Assembly: GCA_903862855.1 (NCBI GenBank)
Contig: CAIOZW010000017.1
Span: 315-64,314 of the forward strand
Reading direction: 5' to 3'
Length of the DNA: 64,000 nt
Origin: an uncultured Acidobacteriota bacterium
Lineage (GTDB): Bacteria; Acidobacteriota; Blastocatellia; RBC074
Below, in pieces: positions 22,587-31,113 of this stretch; position 1 is the stretch's first letter, and each line of letters begins with the position of its first letter. Position numbers and translations under genes: made by a program. The notes beneath the pieces were generated by a model. It saw nothing but the letters and a program-made list of their open reading frames with translations, had not been told where the DNA came from and did not search any database.

Positions 22587-22613
22587 GGGAAGGGGTGCCT
22601 TCGCCCCCTTCCC
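22587..22613. terminator. GC-rich stem-loop (GGGAAGGGG/CCCCTTCCC) between the convergent genes serC and miaA. It may be a bidirectional terminator, but there is no T-tract.
   Basis: A 9-bp perfect stem with an 8-9 nt loop, read from the sequence. Confidence 0.35.
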
Positions 22614-22620
22614 ACACCTC

Positions 22621-23583
22621 TCACGCCAACCGTGCCTGATCCTCCGCCGCGATGATGGCGCCGGCCTCGGCAATGATCCGTGGCTCAAATCCGAATCCCT
22701 CCAGCCAGAATGTCTTTTGCTGTGCACGCCACCAGGTCCACTGACGTTTTGCGTAGTGGCGGGTATCGAGTTTCATCTGTTCGATCGCACTGGCGAGAGT
22801 CCTCTTTCCAAGCAGATACTCGACAAATCGCTTGTAGCCGTGGGCCTGGAAAGCCTTGGCGGTCACCGGGACCCCCGCCGTGATCAGATCCTCGATCTCA
22901 TCGAGCAGCCCCCGTTCGACCATCAGATCGACGCGGCGGTTGATGCGATCATAGAGCTCCTCACGGGGAGGATGGAGGACAAGGTAGCGCAAGCGGGCAG
23001 CCTCTGGTGTCGGTTGCTCAGGTGAGGCCTGCTGCCATGCCGAGAGCGGCCGTCCAGTCGAGAACCGAACCTCGAGTGCCCTGGTCACCCGCGACCAGTC
23101 CCGCGGCGCATAGACGGCGGCGAGAACCGGATCGACACGGCTCAGTATCCGGTGAAGATACTCCGGCCCGCGACTCTCTAGCAGATGCTGGAGACGTGGC
23201 CGCCAGCTTTCGTCGATAGTTGGTGACTCGAAGAATCGCGTCGTCAGAGCGCGCAGATAGAATCCGGTGCCACCAACAAGCAACGGACGCCCTTCCCGCC
23301 CCTCGATCTCGGCAATCCGGAGTCTGGCCAGTTCAGCCCACTCGACGGCGGTCATCATTTCCGTCGGCTCGATAAAATCGATCAGATGGTGTGGAATCCC
23401 GTCCTGCTCCGCCACAGGAACCTTCGCCGTCGCGATCTCGATTCCACGATAGACCTGTACCGAATCACAATTGATGATCTCTCCGCCATGGCATTTGGCC
23501 AGAGCGATTCCAAGATCGCTCTTCCCCGAGGCCGTCGGGCCGACAACGGCAAAGATCGGCAGTTCAGGCGTCTCTATCTTCAT
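22621..23583 (-). CDS. miaA: tRNA dimethylallyltransferase. The start is placed at MKIETPELPIFAVVGPTASGKS.
   Basis: The P-loop GPTASGKS, then DSVQVYRGIEIATAKV...HHLIDFIEP...LLVGGTGFYLRAL. The track ORF extends to 23742, which adds about 53 N-terminal residues that are probably not translated. Confidence 0.9.
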   Translation of the reverse strand: MKIETPELPIFAVVGPTASGKSDLGIALAKCHGGEIINCDSVQVYRGIEIATAKVPVAEQDGIPHHLIDFIEPTEMMTAVEWAELARLRIAEIEGREGRPLLVGGTGFYLRALTTRFFESPTIDESWRPRLQHLLESRGPEYLHRILSRVDPVLAAVYAPRDWSRVTRALEVRFSTGRPLSAWQQASPEQPTPEAARLRYLVLHPPREELYDRINRRVDLMVERGLLDEIEDLITAGVPVTAKAFQAHGYKRFVEYLLGKRTLASAIEQMKLDTRHYAKRQWTWWRAQQKTFWLEGFGFEPRIIAEAGAIIAAEDQARLA

Positions 23584-23668
23584 TTCCAGTCGATCCTGAT
23601 CCATCTGTAGAGCAACAGCAGGGTCAGTGATCCAAGCAGCAGCCACAATCCAACTCTCTGTGATCTGA

Positions 23669-24463
23669 TCACCTTTCACCTCCGCGTCTCCACCGTTGAG
23701 GCCAGGGAAGAAATGGACTTGTCCGGGCCACATAGTCAGCATAATCTGGTCGACTTACAAGAAGCCCCTTCTCCAGCAGCGGGACACCAGAGAAACGGCG
23801 CAAGAGCCAGGTCATGAGCAAAGGGCCGAGCACGAGCCAGAGATTGGCTGGCCAGTCAGCAAGGATGGATGGAAGTGAGAGCCCCCACCAGACCAGTGCA
23901 TCTCCAAAGTAGTTGGGGTGGCGCGTCCACGCCCAGAGACCACGGTCGAGAACCCTCCCCTTGTTGTCCGGATTTGCTTTGAATCTGGCCAGTTGCCAGT
24001 CCCCCACCGACTCAAAGATAAACCCGGTCGCCCAGAGAACGATCCCCAGTCCGTCGATGATCGAGATTGATCGACCTGATGCAGGGGCAAGCTGCACCGG
24101 CAGGGAGATAATCCAGATCAATCCCCCTTGAAACAGAAAGACGAGCGGCAGACTGAGAAGAGGAAAATTTCGGCCATAACGGGCTCTGATTGCCTGATAA
24201 CGTGGATCCTCGCCCCGGCCCAAGTTGCGCCATCCCAGATAGACCGCGAGGCGCAGCCCCCAGATGATTGTCAGTGGCAGACTGATGGCAAGCCGACCTT
24301 CCGGTTCTGCCGTGAAATGCCACCAGTGATATCCGGCAATGCCGGCGAATCCGGCTCCCCAGAAGATGTCGACAATGCTCGCATCACGTCTCCAGAGGCT
24401 GACCAGCCACAGTATAGTCGTTGCCCCAAGGATGATCGGGATGGTTTCAAGTGCCTGATTCAT
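23669..24463 (-). CDS. DUF1295 / steroid-5-alpha-reductase-like membrane protein
   Basis: A polytopic membrane protein carrying the RHPNYFGDALVWWGL motif characteristic of the DUF1295/ICMT-like family. Confidence 0.65.
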   Translation of the reverse strand: MNQALETIPIILGATTILWLVSLWRRDASIVDIFWGAGFAGIAGYHWWHFTAEPEGRLAISLPLTIIWGLRLAVYLGWRNLGRGEDPRYQAIRARYGRNFPLLSLPLVFLFQGGLIWIISLPVQLAPASGRSISIIDGLGIVLWATGFIFESVGDWQLARFKANPDNKGRVLDRGLWAWTRHPNYFGDALVWWGLSLPSILADWPANLWLVLGPLLMTWLLRRFSGVPLLEKGLLVSRPDYADYVARTSPFLPWPQRWRRGGER

Positions 24464-24485
24464 CTCTCTCCGCTCCTTCGACCTC

Positions 24486-25739
24486 TCAATTCAACTCCCA
24501 GACCCGCAAATATCCGGCATCCTTGATGAGCAGTCGGTCTCCTGTCAGCACTGGATGGGCCCAGGTCGGGCTGTCGGCAACCTGGTACTTTCGAACCAGC
24601 GTTGCTCCTTTTGAGGCAATGGTGGTCACGAAAAGCTCAGACTGTTCGGTCAAAGCCAGCAGGTATTCATTGGCAATCAGCATCGCGGCATTCTCTCCCT
24701 GGCGCGGATCGCCTGTCCAGAGCGTACGGCCACTCTCCAGATCGAGACAGAAGAACTGCCCCTTCTGTCGATGCGAGAAACCAAAGAGCCAGTTGCCAGA
24801 GATGACCGGTGAGTTCATGTACATCGAGACTTCGCGATTTTGCCAGACCTGATCGGTTACCCACCGGTTGTCGCGCCAGCCGATACGCCAGGCACTCACC
24901 CCTTTGTTGAGCCCCGAGAAGATGAGCAGATCCCTCCAGGCGATCGGCGTCACTGCATTCTGAATGTAGTCGGTCTCGAATGGAATCTTCCAGAGCAGGG
25001 TGCCATTATCGACCCAGATGCCAATCAGATATTTTTGTGACTGTGTAACAACCTGACGCTTGCCGGCAATCTCGATGACGATTGGAGAGGCATACCCGGG
25101 CCCATCACCATTCCAGATCCAGCGCTCTTGCCCGGTCTGCAGATCGAGCGCCACCAATCCTCCCTGATCCTGCCCACCGGCATGCAGAATAACCAGCCCG
25201 CGCTCGACCAGTGGTGACATTGCCGTACCGTAGAGCGGGGCTCGCGCTCCCAGCCGATCCCCAAACGGTCGGCGCCAGAGCAGTCGGCCGCGTGTCAGAT
25301 CATAGACCGAGAGGATCCCGGTAATTCCCAAGGTAATGAGGCGTCCCTCCGCAATGACCGGTGTCGACTTCGGCCCCTTGCCATGCGACCGTGCTGCCGG
25401 GTTCATCGCATACTCCACCGGATAGGAGTCCTGCCAGACTCTCCGGCCCGTCTTGAGGTCGATCGCCTGAATAACCTCGTTCTCGCCCAGGCGGGAATGA
25501 AGGTAGACTCGCCCACCCATTACCAGCGGACTAGAATGGCCTGCCCCAACCTCGATCTTCCATCCAGCACGGAGCTGCGGCGGCCAATTCTTCAGAACGG
25601 GCAGTCCCTCGATCCGCCCATCTCGGTTGACTCCTCTCCACTGCGGAAAGTCCTGCGCCTGAACATTGGTCTTTATCACCACAGCGCCAAACAGACTGCA
25701 GCAGAGTAGTATCTGAATGACCAGCTTGCTCTTACTCAT
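24486..25739 (-). CDS. Secreted PQQ-like beta-propeller repeat protein (BamB-like fold)
   Basis: A signal peptide and repeated blade motifs (QWRGVNRDGR..., GGRVYLHSRLG, LKTGRRVWQ, DLQTGQERWIW, GTLLWK). Confidence 0.7.
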   Translation of the reverse strand: MSKSKLVIQILLCCSLFGAVVIKTNVQAQDFPQWRGVNRDGRIEGLPVLKNWPPQLRAGWKIEVGAGHSSPLVMGGRVYLHSRLGENEVIQAIDLKTGRRVWQDSYPVEYAMNPAARSHGKGPKSTPVIAEGRLITLGITGILSVYDLTRGRLLWRRPFGDRLGARAPLYGTAMSPLVERGLVILHAGGQDQGGLVALDLQTGQERWIWNGDGPGYASPIVIEIAGKRQVVTQSQKYLIGIWVDNGTLLWKIPFETDYIQNAVTPIAWRDLLIFSGLNKGVSAWRIGWRDNRWVTDQVWQNREVSMYMNSPVISGNWLFGFSHRQKGQFFCLDLESGRTLWTGDPRQGENAAMLIANEYLLALTEQSELFVTTIASKGATLVRKYQVADSPTWAHPVLTGDRLLIKDAGYLRVWELN

Positions 25740-26000
25740 CTTCGTCCTCTTTATGATTTGTCCGACCAGACACGGCGGTTCTTCGTTGCCATAGTCTTAT
25801 GATTATCCTTGTCAAATCTCAAGCCTTGAGATCGATCATAGCATGTTCAGCAACCTGACTCGCGGCACGAGGCGAACAATCCGATCCCCCCCATCGTGGC
25901 AATATGTCAGAGCAGACCAATTATTGACCAGGTTACCTGGTATCCTGGAACCTGCCCCTGTCATTTTGAGCTCCGCCGATAGAACCTCCCCCTTTTTCAA

Positions 26001-26029
26001 TTGACATATGTTTATATTTTAATTAGATT
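26001..26029 (+). promoter_or_regulatory. Candidate sigma70-like promoter (TTGACA-17 nt-TAGATT), about 390 bp upstream of the orphan gene at 26421
   Basis: ttgacatatgtttatattttaattagatt, read from the sequence. Assigning it to this gene is speculative. Confidence 0.25.
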
Positions 26030-26232
26030 GCAGTTGTGTCTGAAGCAGTTATGGACTCCAAGCACCTCCGCCGCGAGACCTTTCGGACACCCCACACAGG
26101 ACATAGTAATTGTCAGTTGAATCTGCCCTTGCGAGGCATCAGATTACTTTTTGTATCTTTTGAAACACTATCTTGAGCTGGACTCATCACCTGCCAATGC
26201 TACCTGGTTTAACCGGCAGAAATAGGGACGCT

Positions 26233-26298
26233 GTTATTCATCTGCGATTACCGACCAGTGATTATTCATCAACATTCATTCACCGGCAATTATTCGAC
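26233..26298 (+). promoter_or_regulatory. Phased AT-rich repeats TTATTC(A/G) at about 27-28 bp spacing, plus related ATTCATTCACC / GATTTATCACC motifs
   Basis: ttattcat occurs at 26234 and 26262, and ttattcga at 26289. The repeats lie 120-190 bp upstream of the 26421 start. Confidence 0.4.
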
Positions 26299-26420
26299 TG
26301 CAGTTTTTCACCTGATTTATCACCGGGTTAAGGTGGACTAGCCCGTTTTCGCGCCGCTGGATATGGTCAAGTCACCAATCAATTCATCAGCCATTTAAAG
26401 CGCACCAGAGGAGGTAGAAG

Positions 26421-26891
26421 ATGTCCGATATGGAACTGAACATAAACTATCTGATTGCCTGTATCGATTCAATTAATCAACTCAAGGACGTCCCTGCGGC
26501 TGACGAGCTGAAGACGATGGTCAACGATTGGGTCGATAGCAAGATCACCACGGCGGTCAACGATCCTGACTCGGCTGTCAAAATCTACTATAACTGGAAG
26601 AAGATTTCAGGTGACTCCGAGGCGCAGAAACTCATCTCGTGGATCGAGGAAATGCCCATCTCAGACTCGTCGAATGAGCTCAAGGTCATCCTCAACAGGT
26701 TTGTCAGTGCAAAGCTGACTGAGGCTCTGGCCAATCCCGAGAACCGGATCAACTTCTTCCGAAGCTGGTTGAGCCTCTCAACCGAGAACGTGGACACTAC
26801 CTTCACAATCGTCATTGATAAGCCGGCTGGTGATGATGAGACGCCACTGAACCCTGGTGATACCGGAAGGCTCAACTGGCCTCGCTGGTAG
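26421..26891 (+). CDS. Orphan acidic protein (156 aa), low GC, with an internal tandem duplication of about 35 aa
   Basis: Repeat 1 is DELKTMVNDWVDSKITTAVNDPDSAVKIYYNW and repeat 2 is NELKVILNRFVSAKLTEALANPENRINFFRSW. A GAGGAGG RBS lies 7 nt upstream of the ATG. There is no signal peptide, and I do not recognise the family. Confidence 0.5.
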   Translation: MSDMELNINYLIACIDSINQLKDVPAADELKTMVNDWVDSKITTAVNDPDSAVKIYYNWKKISGDSEAQKLISWIEEMPISDSSNELKVILNRFVSAKLTEALANPENRINFFRSWLSLSTENVDTTFTIVIDKPAGDDETPLNPGDTGRLNWPRW

Positions 26892-27023
26892 CGGGGCCAA
26901 TTTCAGAAGATTTACAAGAGCGTGATTGAGTAAGTCCCTGATCCGCCGAACCGTCGAGCTGAATACTGAGCCCAACGGTTCGGCGACTTCTGTTTTGGAT
27001 GTGATTTCAGGATGGCAGTCGAT

Positions 27024-30000
27024 TCAGCTCTCACTGCGGAGTGATTCGAGAACGGGCATGCGGAGCAGGACTCGCAGTGCGAAGAGTGAGGCAAGCAGTC
27101 CGGTCGCAAGTACCAGCAGCAGAAGCAGTCCAAGGGAACCGAGTGAGCTGAGCGACCCTCTCTCGAGCAGTGCGGGGATGATCGCAATGAAGGCCGAGAG
27201 AGTACCAGTAAGTAATCCACCGGTCAGAAGCAGCAGGTTTTCGGCAATGATCATCACGGTGAGGTGAATGGAGCCAAATCCGATCGCAGTGAGGAGCGCA
27301 AGCTCGTGGCGGCGCTCGAGGACATTGCGCAGCAGCACTGCTCCGAGGCCAATCGTCCCGAGCAGTAGCCCGAGACTGCCAATCGACTGGAATGTCGAAA
27401 GGTAGGTATTCTCGACTACATGAAAGGCTGCCAGTTTTCGTGATGCGCTGGTCGCATCGAATCCAAAATCACTCAGCCGGTCTTCAAGAATAGCCGCGAT
27501 CTTGTCAGGATCGGTCCCCGCCGAGATTGGTAATTCCAGGCCAAACCAGCGATAACCATCCTCACGCGGGAAGAGACGAATAAAATGTGACTCGGCCATG
27601 AGCAGTTCGCTCTGCAGCAGACTATCGGCAAGGGTCGCAACGATCTGGACCGGCACCGCCTGGCCACTCGCTGCCGTTATCTGAAAGACCTCGCCGAGCT
27701 GGCGGTGGAGAACGTAATTCATCGAGTTGGCATCGACGATGATTGGAACAACTGTGCTATTTCTGTTGAGGAGTTCCCACGGATTGGTCACCGGTTCGAT
27801 CATTGAATGAAAATTGAACCTGTTGGCCGCAATGAATTCCGCCGGGAGCCCGAGAATCCTCGGCTGGACTGGCTGGTAGAGATTGAGACAGCTCGCATCA
27901 TCACCATTGCGCACCCGGAAACGAGTCACACGAAGACTGTTGAGCTCAGGGAGCTCTGATTCCTGAAGATTGAGTGCCTCGCGCCCTTCAGGAAGGTTGA
28001 GATTGTCGGCAAGAGGCAGCAGCGATTCAGCAACGAGCAGAAAGCCGCCAGTTCCTGATCGGGGGTTGCTGGTCGGGACCACCTCGGTGCGCCGGAAAGA
28101 CTCGACCGAGACGATGATGAAGGTCGCAGCGGCGATGAGAGCCATCGAGAGAATCGACCGGCCTGGCTGGGTAGTTGCCTGGCGAATCCCGAGTGCAAAG
28201 AGACCTGACCACCCCTTTCTGACCACACTCTGCCGGTCGACTCGCAGCCACCAGCTCCAGAGAATGAGAAGTGAGACGAGGAGCAGTGTCCCCGCTCCAA
28301 AGAATGCCGCGACCGGCATAAGGGTCTGACGTATGGCAAGTGTCACCAGAACCAGTGCGAGCAGGAGCAGCGTAAGTGCAACGAGGAGCCGAATCTGACG
28401 ACGATTGCCAAATGTGACGCCACTTCCCCGCCGGGGCTGTGAAGAGAACTGGCCTGCCAGTTGGCGGCGTGGTGAGGCCATCGAGGTTGAACGAACCGTC
28501 CACCAGATACAGACCAATGCGGCAAGTACGCCTGACAAGCCTCCGATCACCAGTGTGAGTGGCTCGATATGGAGTCGAAGCAGGCGTGTCCCGACTGCTC
28601 CAATCCACCATGTACGAAGCCCAAGCATCATCAGGCCGGCAAAGAGGATTGCCCCTCCCAGTCCAAGCCCTGCTCCAGCAAGCGCCAGAAGAGCCCCTTC
28701 ATAGAGAAAAATTGCGCGAATCGTGGCGATCTGAAAACCAAGGGCAAGGTAGAGGCCGATCTCACGGATCCGCTGTTCGATGCCCAACCGGAAGAAGAGA
28801 ACGACCAGAAGCAATGCCGAGACGACCAGAAAGAAGCTGAAGTAGCTGAAATAGGCCCCAAAATCTGTCGCCCCCTTCGCGGCGGCCGCGCCCTCCATTC
28901 GCACGGGCGTCGCAGTGAAACCACTCTGCGCCGGGCCGATCTGCTGACGGAGTTCCGTGGCAAGTCCCAACCGGTCGAGGCTGCGCGAGGCAAGCCTGAT
29001 CGAGGTGAGGGCTCCGTAACGGGTCGACCAGAGCGGCTGGGCATCGGCAAGAAGCAGAAATGCCTTTGGTGTAGCACGATAACGATCCCAGTAATCCTCG
29101 TCGACCTTGCGAACTCGGCGCAGGTCGATGGGAAAGGGCGGATCCCAGTCGGAGAGACTCTCCGCACCGGTGATCCCGGGATATTCAGGCGCGAGTTGAC
29201 GATCGGCAGCCAGACCGGTGATCGGTATCACACCAGCCAGTCGAAAGGTCGCCGACGCAGTCGACAGCCGCCCCTCATCCGCCCAGACATAGTATTCGAG
29301 GGTGACGTCCTGTCCCAACCGGGCGCCCAGATCACGAGCCGCCCATTCATTGAGAACCAGCGGGGGACGCTGGTCACCCTGGATGGAGACCAGTTGCGGG
29401 AGCTGCCCAGGTTCGACTGCCGTCACCAGCGAATATGGGACTTCTCGATCATCAACACGAATCGAGTTCGCAAGGTAGCTCAGGATCCGGTCCGACTGCA
29501 GGCCAGCACGGTTCGCGGTCAACTCGATGGAGTCTGCCAGAGCGCCACCGATAATCGCACTCTCTGTCTCGACGGCGACGACCTCCTCTCCGACCCGACT
29601 GTTGGATTCCACCTCCCGAATCCGTATTCCCTGATCATCGAGCGTCACTGTCTCACGAAGCAGCTCATTGGCAACCTCACGAGCCGCGGTCACCCCGGGC
29701 TGCGTGGCAAGCAGAATTATATTGACCCGTCCATCCCGGGGAAGATCGAGATCAATATTGCGTTGTAACTTCTCCAGCGGAATGAAGACCGCCCGAACTA
29801 TTCCCTGCCGCGGTTGAAGGGAGAACTCACCCAGTAGACTGGGCGGCAGAATCTCACGCACGGTGAGCCGAATCGTTCTGCCTGCCTCATCCCGACGTCC
29901 GTGAAGTGACTCGATCGGTATCGCGGTCGGAAGCTCGATCCGCACCGCGAGCATCTCACCCGCCGCGGCCCCAAGCTCCTCCGCAAGACCCGGACTGATC

Positions 30001-30407
30001 AGGGCCTCACTCCCCGACGGGCCTTCGATGTCCAGACCATGAAACTTCCAGAATCGCCCATCGACACCATAGACCTGAACATCGCCGGCCCGCGCTCCCG
30101 TCTCGTCACGACTCGCCACACCCTGCAATGCCAGCATTGGCACGCCATCGACAAAAGTCGCGGCGAAACCAGGTCTCCTTCGCAGATCGTCCATCAACTG
30201 GTCACGAAAGAGGGTGTTGGCAGTTATCACCAGGTCGGTTCGGCCAATTCTTCCGAGAACCAGCTCGCTCAAACTGCGCCGCACCGAGTCACCAACCATC
30301 AATGCTCCGCAGAGGACCGCCACGGCAGCCGCGACTCCGAGAATCACCGCGAGGTTGGTACGGCGAAACCAGATCAGATTGCGGCGAATCAGGATTCTTG
30401 TCTTCAT
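27024..30407 (-). CDS. Giant FtsX/MacB-type ABC transporter permease (1127 aa) with duplicated FtsX modules and large extracytoplasmic domains
   Basis: An N-terminal TM helix followed by a large periplasmic domain, and FtsX 4-TM bundles in the middle and at the C-terminus (...LALGFQIATIRAIFLYEGALLALAGAGLGL...; ...AIGFGSIHLTVMIIAENLLLLTGGLLTG...). It is immediately downstream of the ABC ATPase. Confidence 0.85.
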   Translation of the reverse strand: MKTRILIRRNLIWFRRTNLAVILGVAAAVAVLCGALMVGDSVRRSLSELVLGRIGRTDLVITANTLFRDQLMDDLRRRPGFAATFVDGVPMLALQGVASRDETGARAGDVQVYGVDGRFWKFHGLDIEGPSGSEALISPGLAEELGAAAGEMLAVRIELPTAIPIESLHGRRDEAGRTIRLTVREILPPSLLGEFSLQPRQGIVRAVFIPLEKLQRNIDLDLPRDGRVNIILLATQPGVTAAREVANELLRETVTLDDQGIRIREVESNSRVGEEVVAVETESAIIGGALADSIELTANRAGLQSDRILSYLANSIRVDDREVPYSLVTAVEPGQLPQLVSIQGDQRPPLVLNEWAARDLGARLGQDVTLEYYVWADEGRLSTASATFRLAGVIPITGLAADRQLAPEYPGITGAESLSDWDPPFPIDLRRVRKVDEDYWDRYRATPKAFLLLADAQPLWSTRYGALTSIRLASRSLDRLGLATELRQQIGPAQSGFTATPVRMEGAAAAKGATDFGAYFSYFSFFLVVSALLLVVLFFRLGIEQRIREIGLYLALGFQIATIRAIFLYEGALLALAGAGLGLGGAILFAGLMMLGLRTWWIGAVGTRLLRLHIEPLTLVIGGLSGVLAALVCIWWTVRSTSMASPRRQLAGQFSSQPRRGSGVTFGNRRQIRLLVALTLLLLALVLVTLAIRQTLMPVAAFFGAGTLLLVSLLILWSWWLRVDRQSVVRKGWSGLFALGIRQATTQPGRSILSMALIAAATFIIVSVESFRRTEVVPTSNPRSGTGGFLLVAESLLPLADNLNLPEGREALNLQESELPELNSLRVTRFRVRNGDDASCLNLYQPVQPRILGLPAEFIAANRFNFHSMIEPVTNPWELLNRNSTVVPIIVDANSMNYVLHRQLGEVFQITAASGQAVPVQIVATLADSLLQSELLMAESHFIRLFPREDGYRWFGLELPISAGTDPDKIAAILEDRLSDFGFDATSASRKLAAFHVVENTYLSTFQSIGSLGLLLGTIGLGAVLLRNVLERRHELALLTAIGFGSIHLTVMIIAENLLLLTGGLLTGTLSAFIAIIPALLERGSLSSLGSLGLLLLLVLATGLLASLFALRVLLRMPVLESLRSES

Positions 30408-30441
30408 TGAAGATTCCCTCGACTACCCACTTGATCTCTTC

Positions 30442-31110
30442 TCAGAGTTCCCGAAGCTGGCGATTCAGCATTCGGTAACGAAGCGGGAATCGCGCCGCCA
30501 GCTCATCACTGTGTGTCACCACGACAAGTATGGTCTGATGCTGCTCATGAAGTTCGAGCAGGAGTTCGGCGACCAGGCCGGCTGAATCCTGATCGAGATT
30601 ACCAGTCGGCTCGTCACAGAGCAGGAGTTGCGGCTCGGTGACCAGTGCCCGCGCAAGAGCGACCCGCTGCTTCTCACCACCGGAGAGCTCGGACGGTCGA
30701 TGGTCGATCCTCGCACCAAGTCCAACCCGTTCGAGCAGAGACTTGGCACGGGCGGCAAAGTCTGTCTTTGACGGTGGAGCAACAATGGTCGGAATGAGGA
30801 CGTTCTCAAGAACCGTACACTGGGGAAGCAGGTGATGATCCTGGAAGACAAAACCGATCTGGCGATTACGAAAACTGGCCAGATCGGCAGCGGTCATCGC
30901 ATACGGGTTCTCACTCCCAAGCATAATCGTCCCGGAGGTCGGCGGTTCGAGACCACCAAGAAGATAGAGAAGCGTACTCTTACCACTACCTGATGGACCC
31001 ATGATCGCAACGGCCGCGCCTCGATCGAGAGTCAGGTTGATGTCATCGAGAATCGGCAGGACTCCACGAGCCGTCGAATACTCCTTGCTGACGTGCAGTA
31101 TTTGAAGCAA
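30442..31110 (-). CDS. ABC transporter ATP-binding protein (MacB/LolD-type)
   Basis: Walker A GPSGSGKST, Q-loop, signature LSGGEKQRVALARAL, and Walker B LLLCDEPTGNLD. Confidence 0.9.
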   Translation of the reverse strand: MLQILHVSKEYSTARGVLPILDDINLTLDRGAAVAIMGPSGSGKSTLLYLLGGLEPPTSGTIMLGSENPYAMTAADLASFRNRQIGFVFQDHHLLPQCTVLENVLIPTIVAPPSKTDFAARAKSLLERVGLGARIDHRPSELSGGEKQRVALARALVTEPQLLLCDEPTGNLDQDSAGLVAELLLELHEQHQTILVVVTHSDELAARFPLRYRMLNRQLREL

Positions 31111-31113
31111 TGA

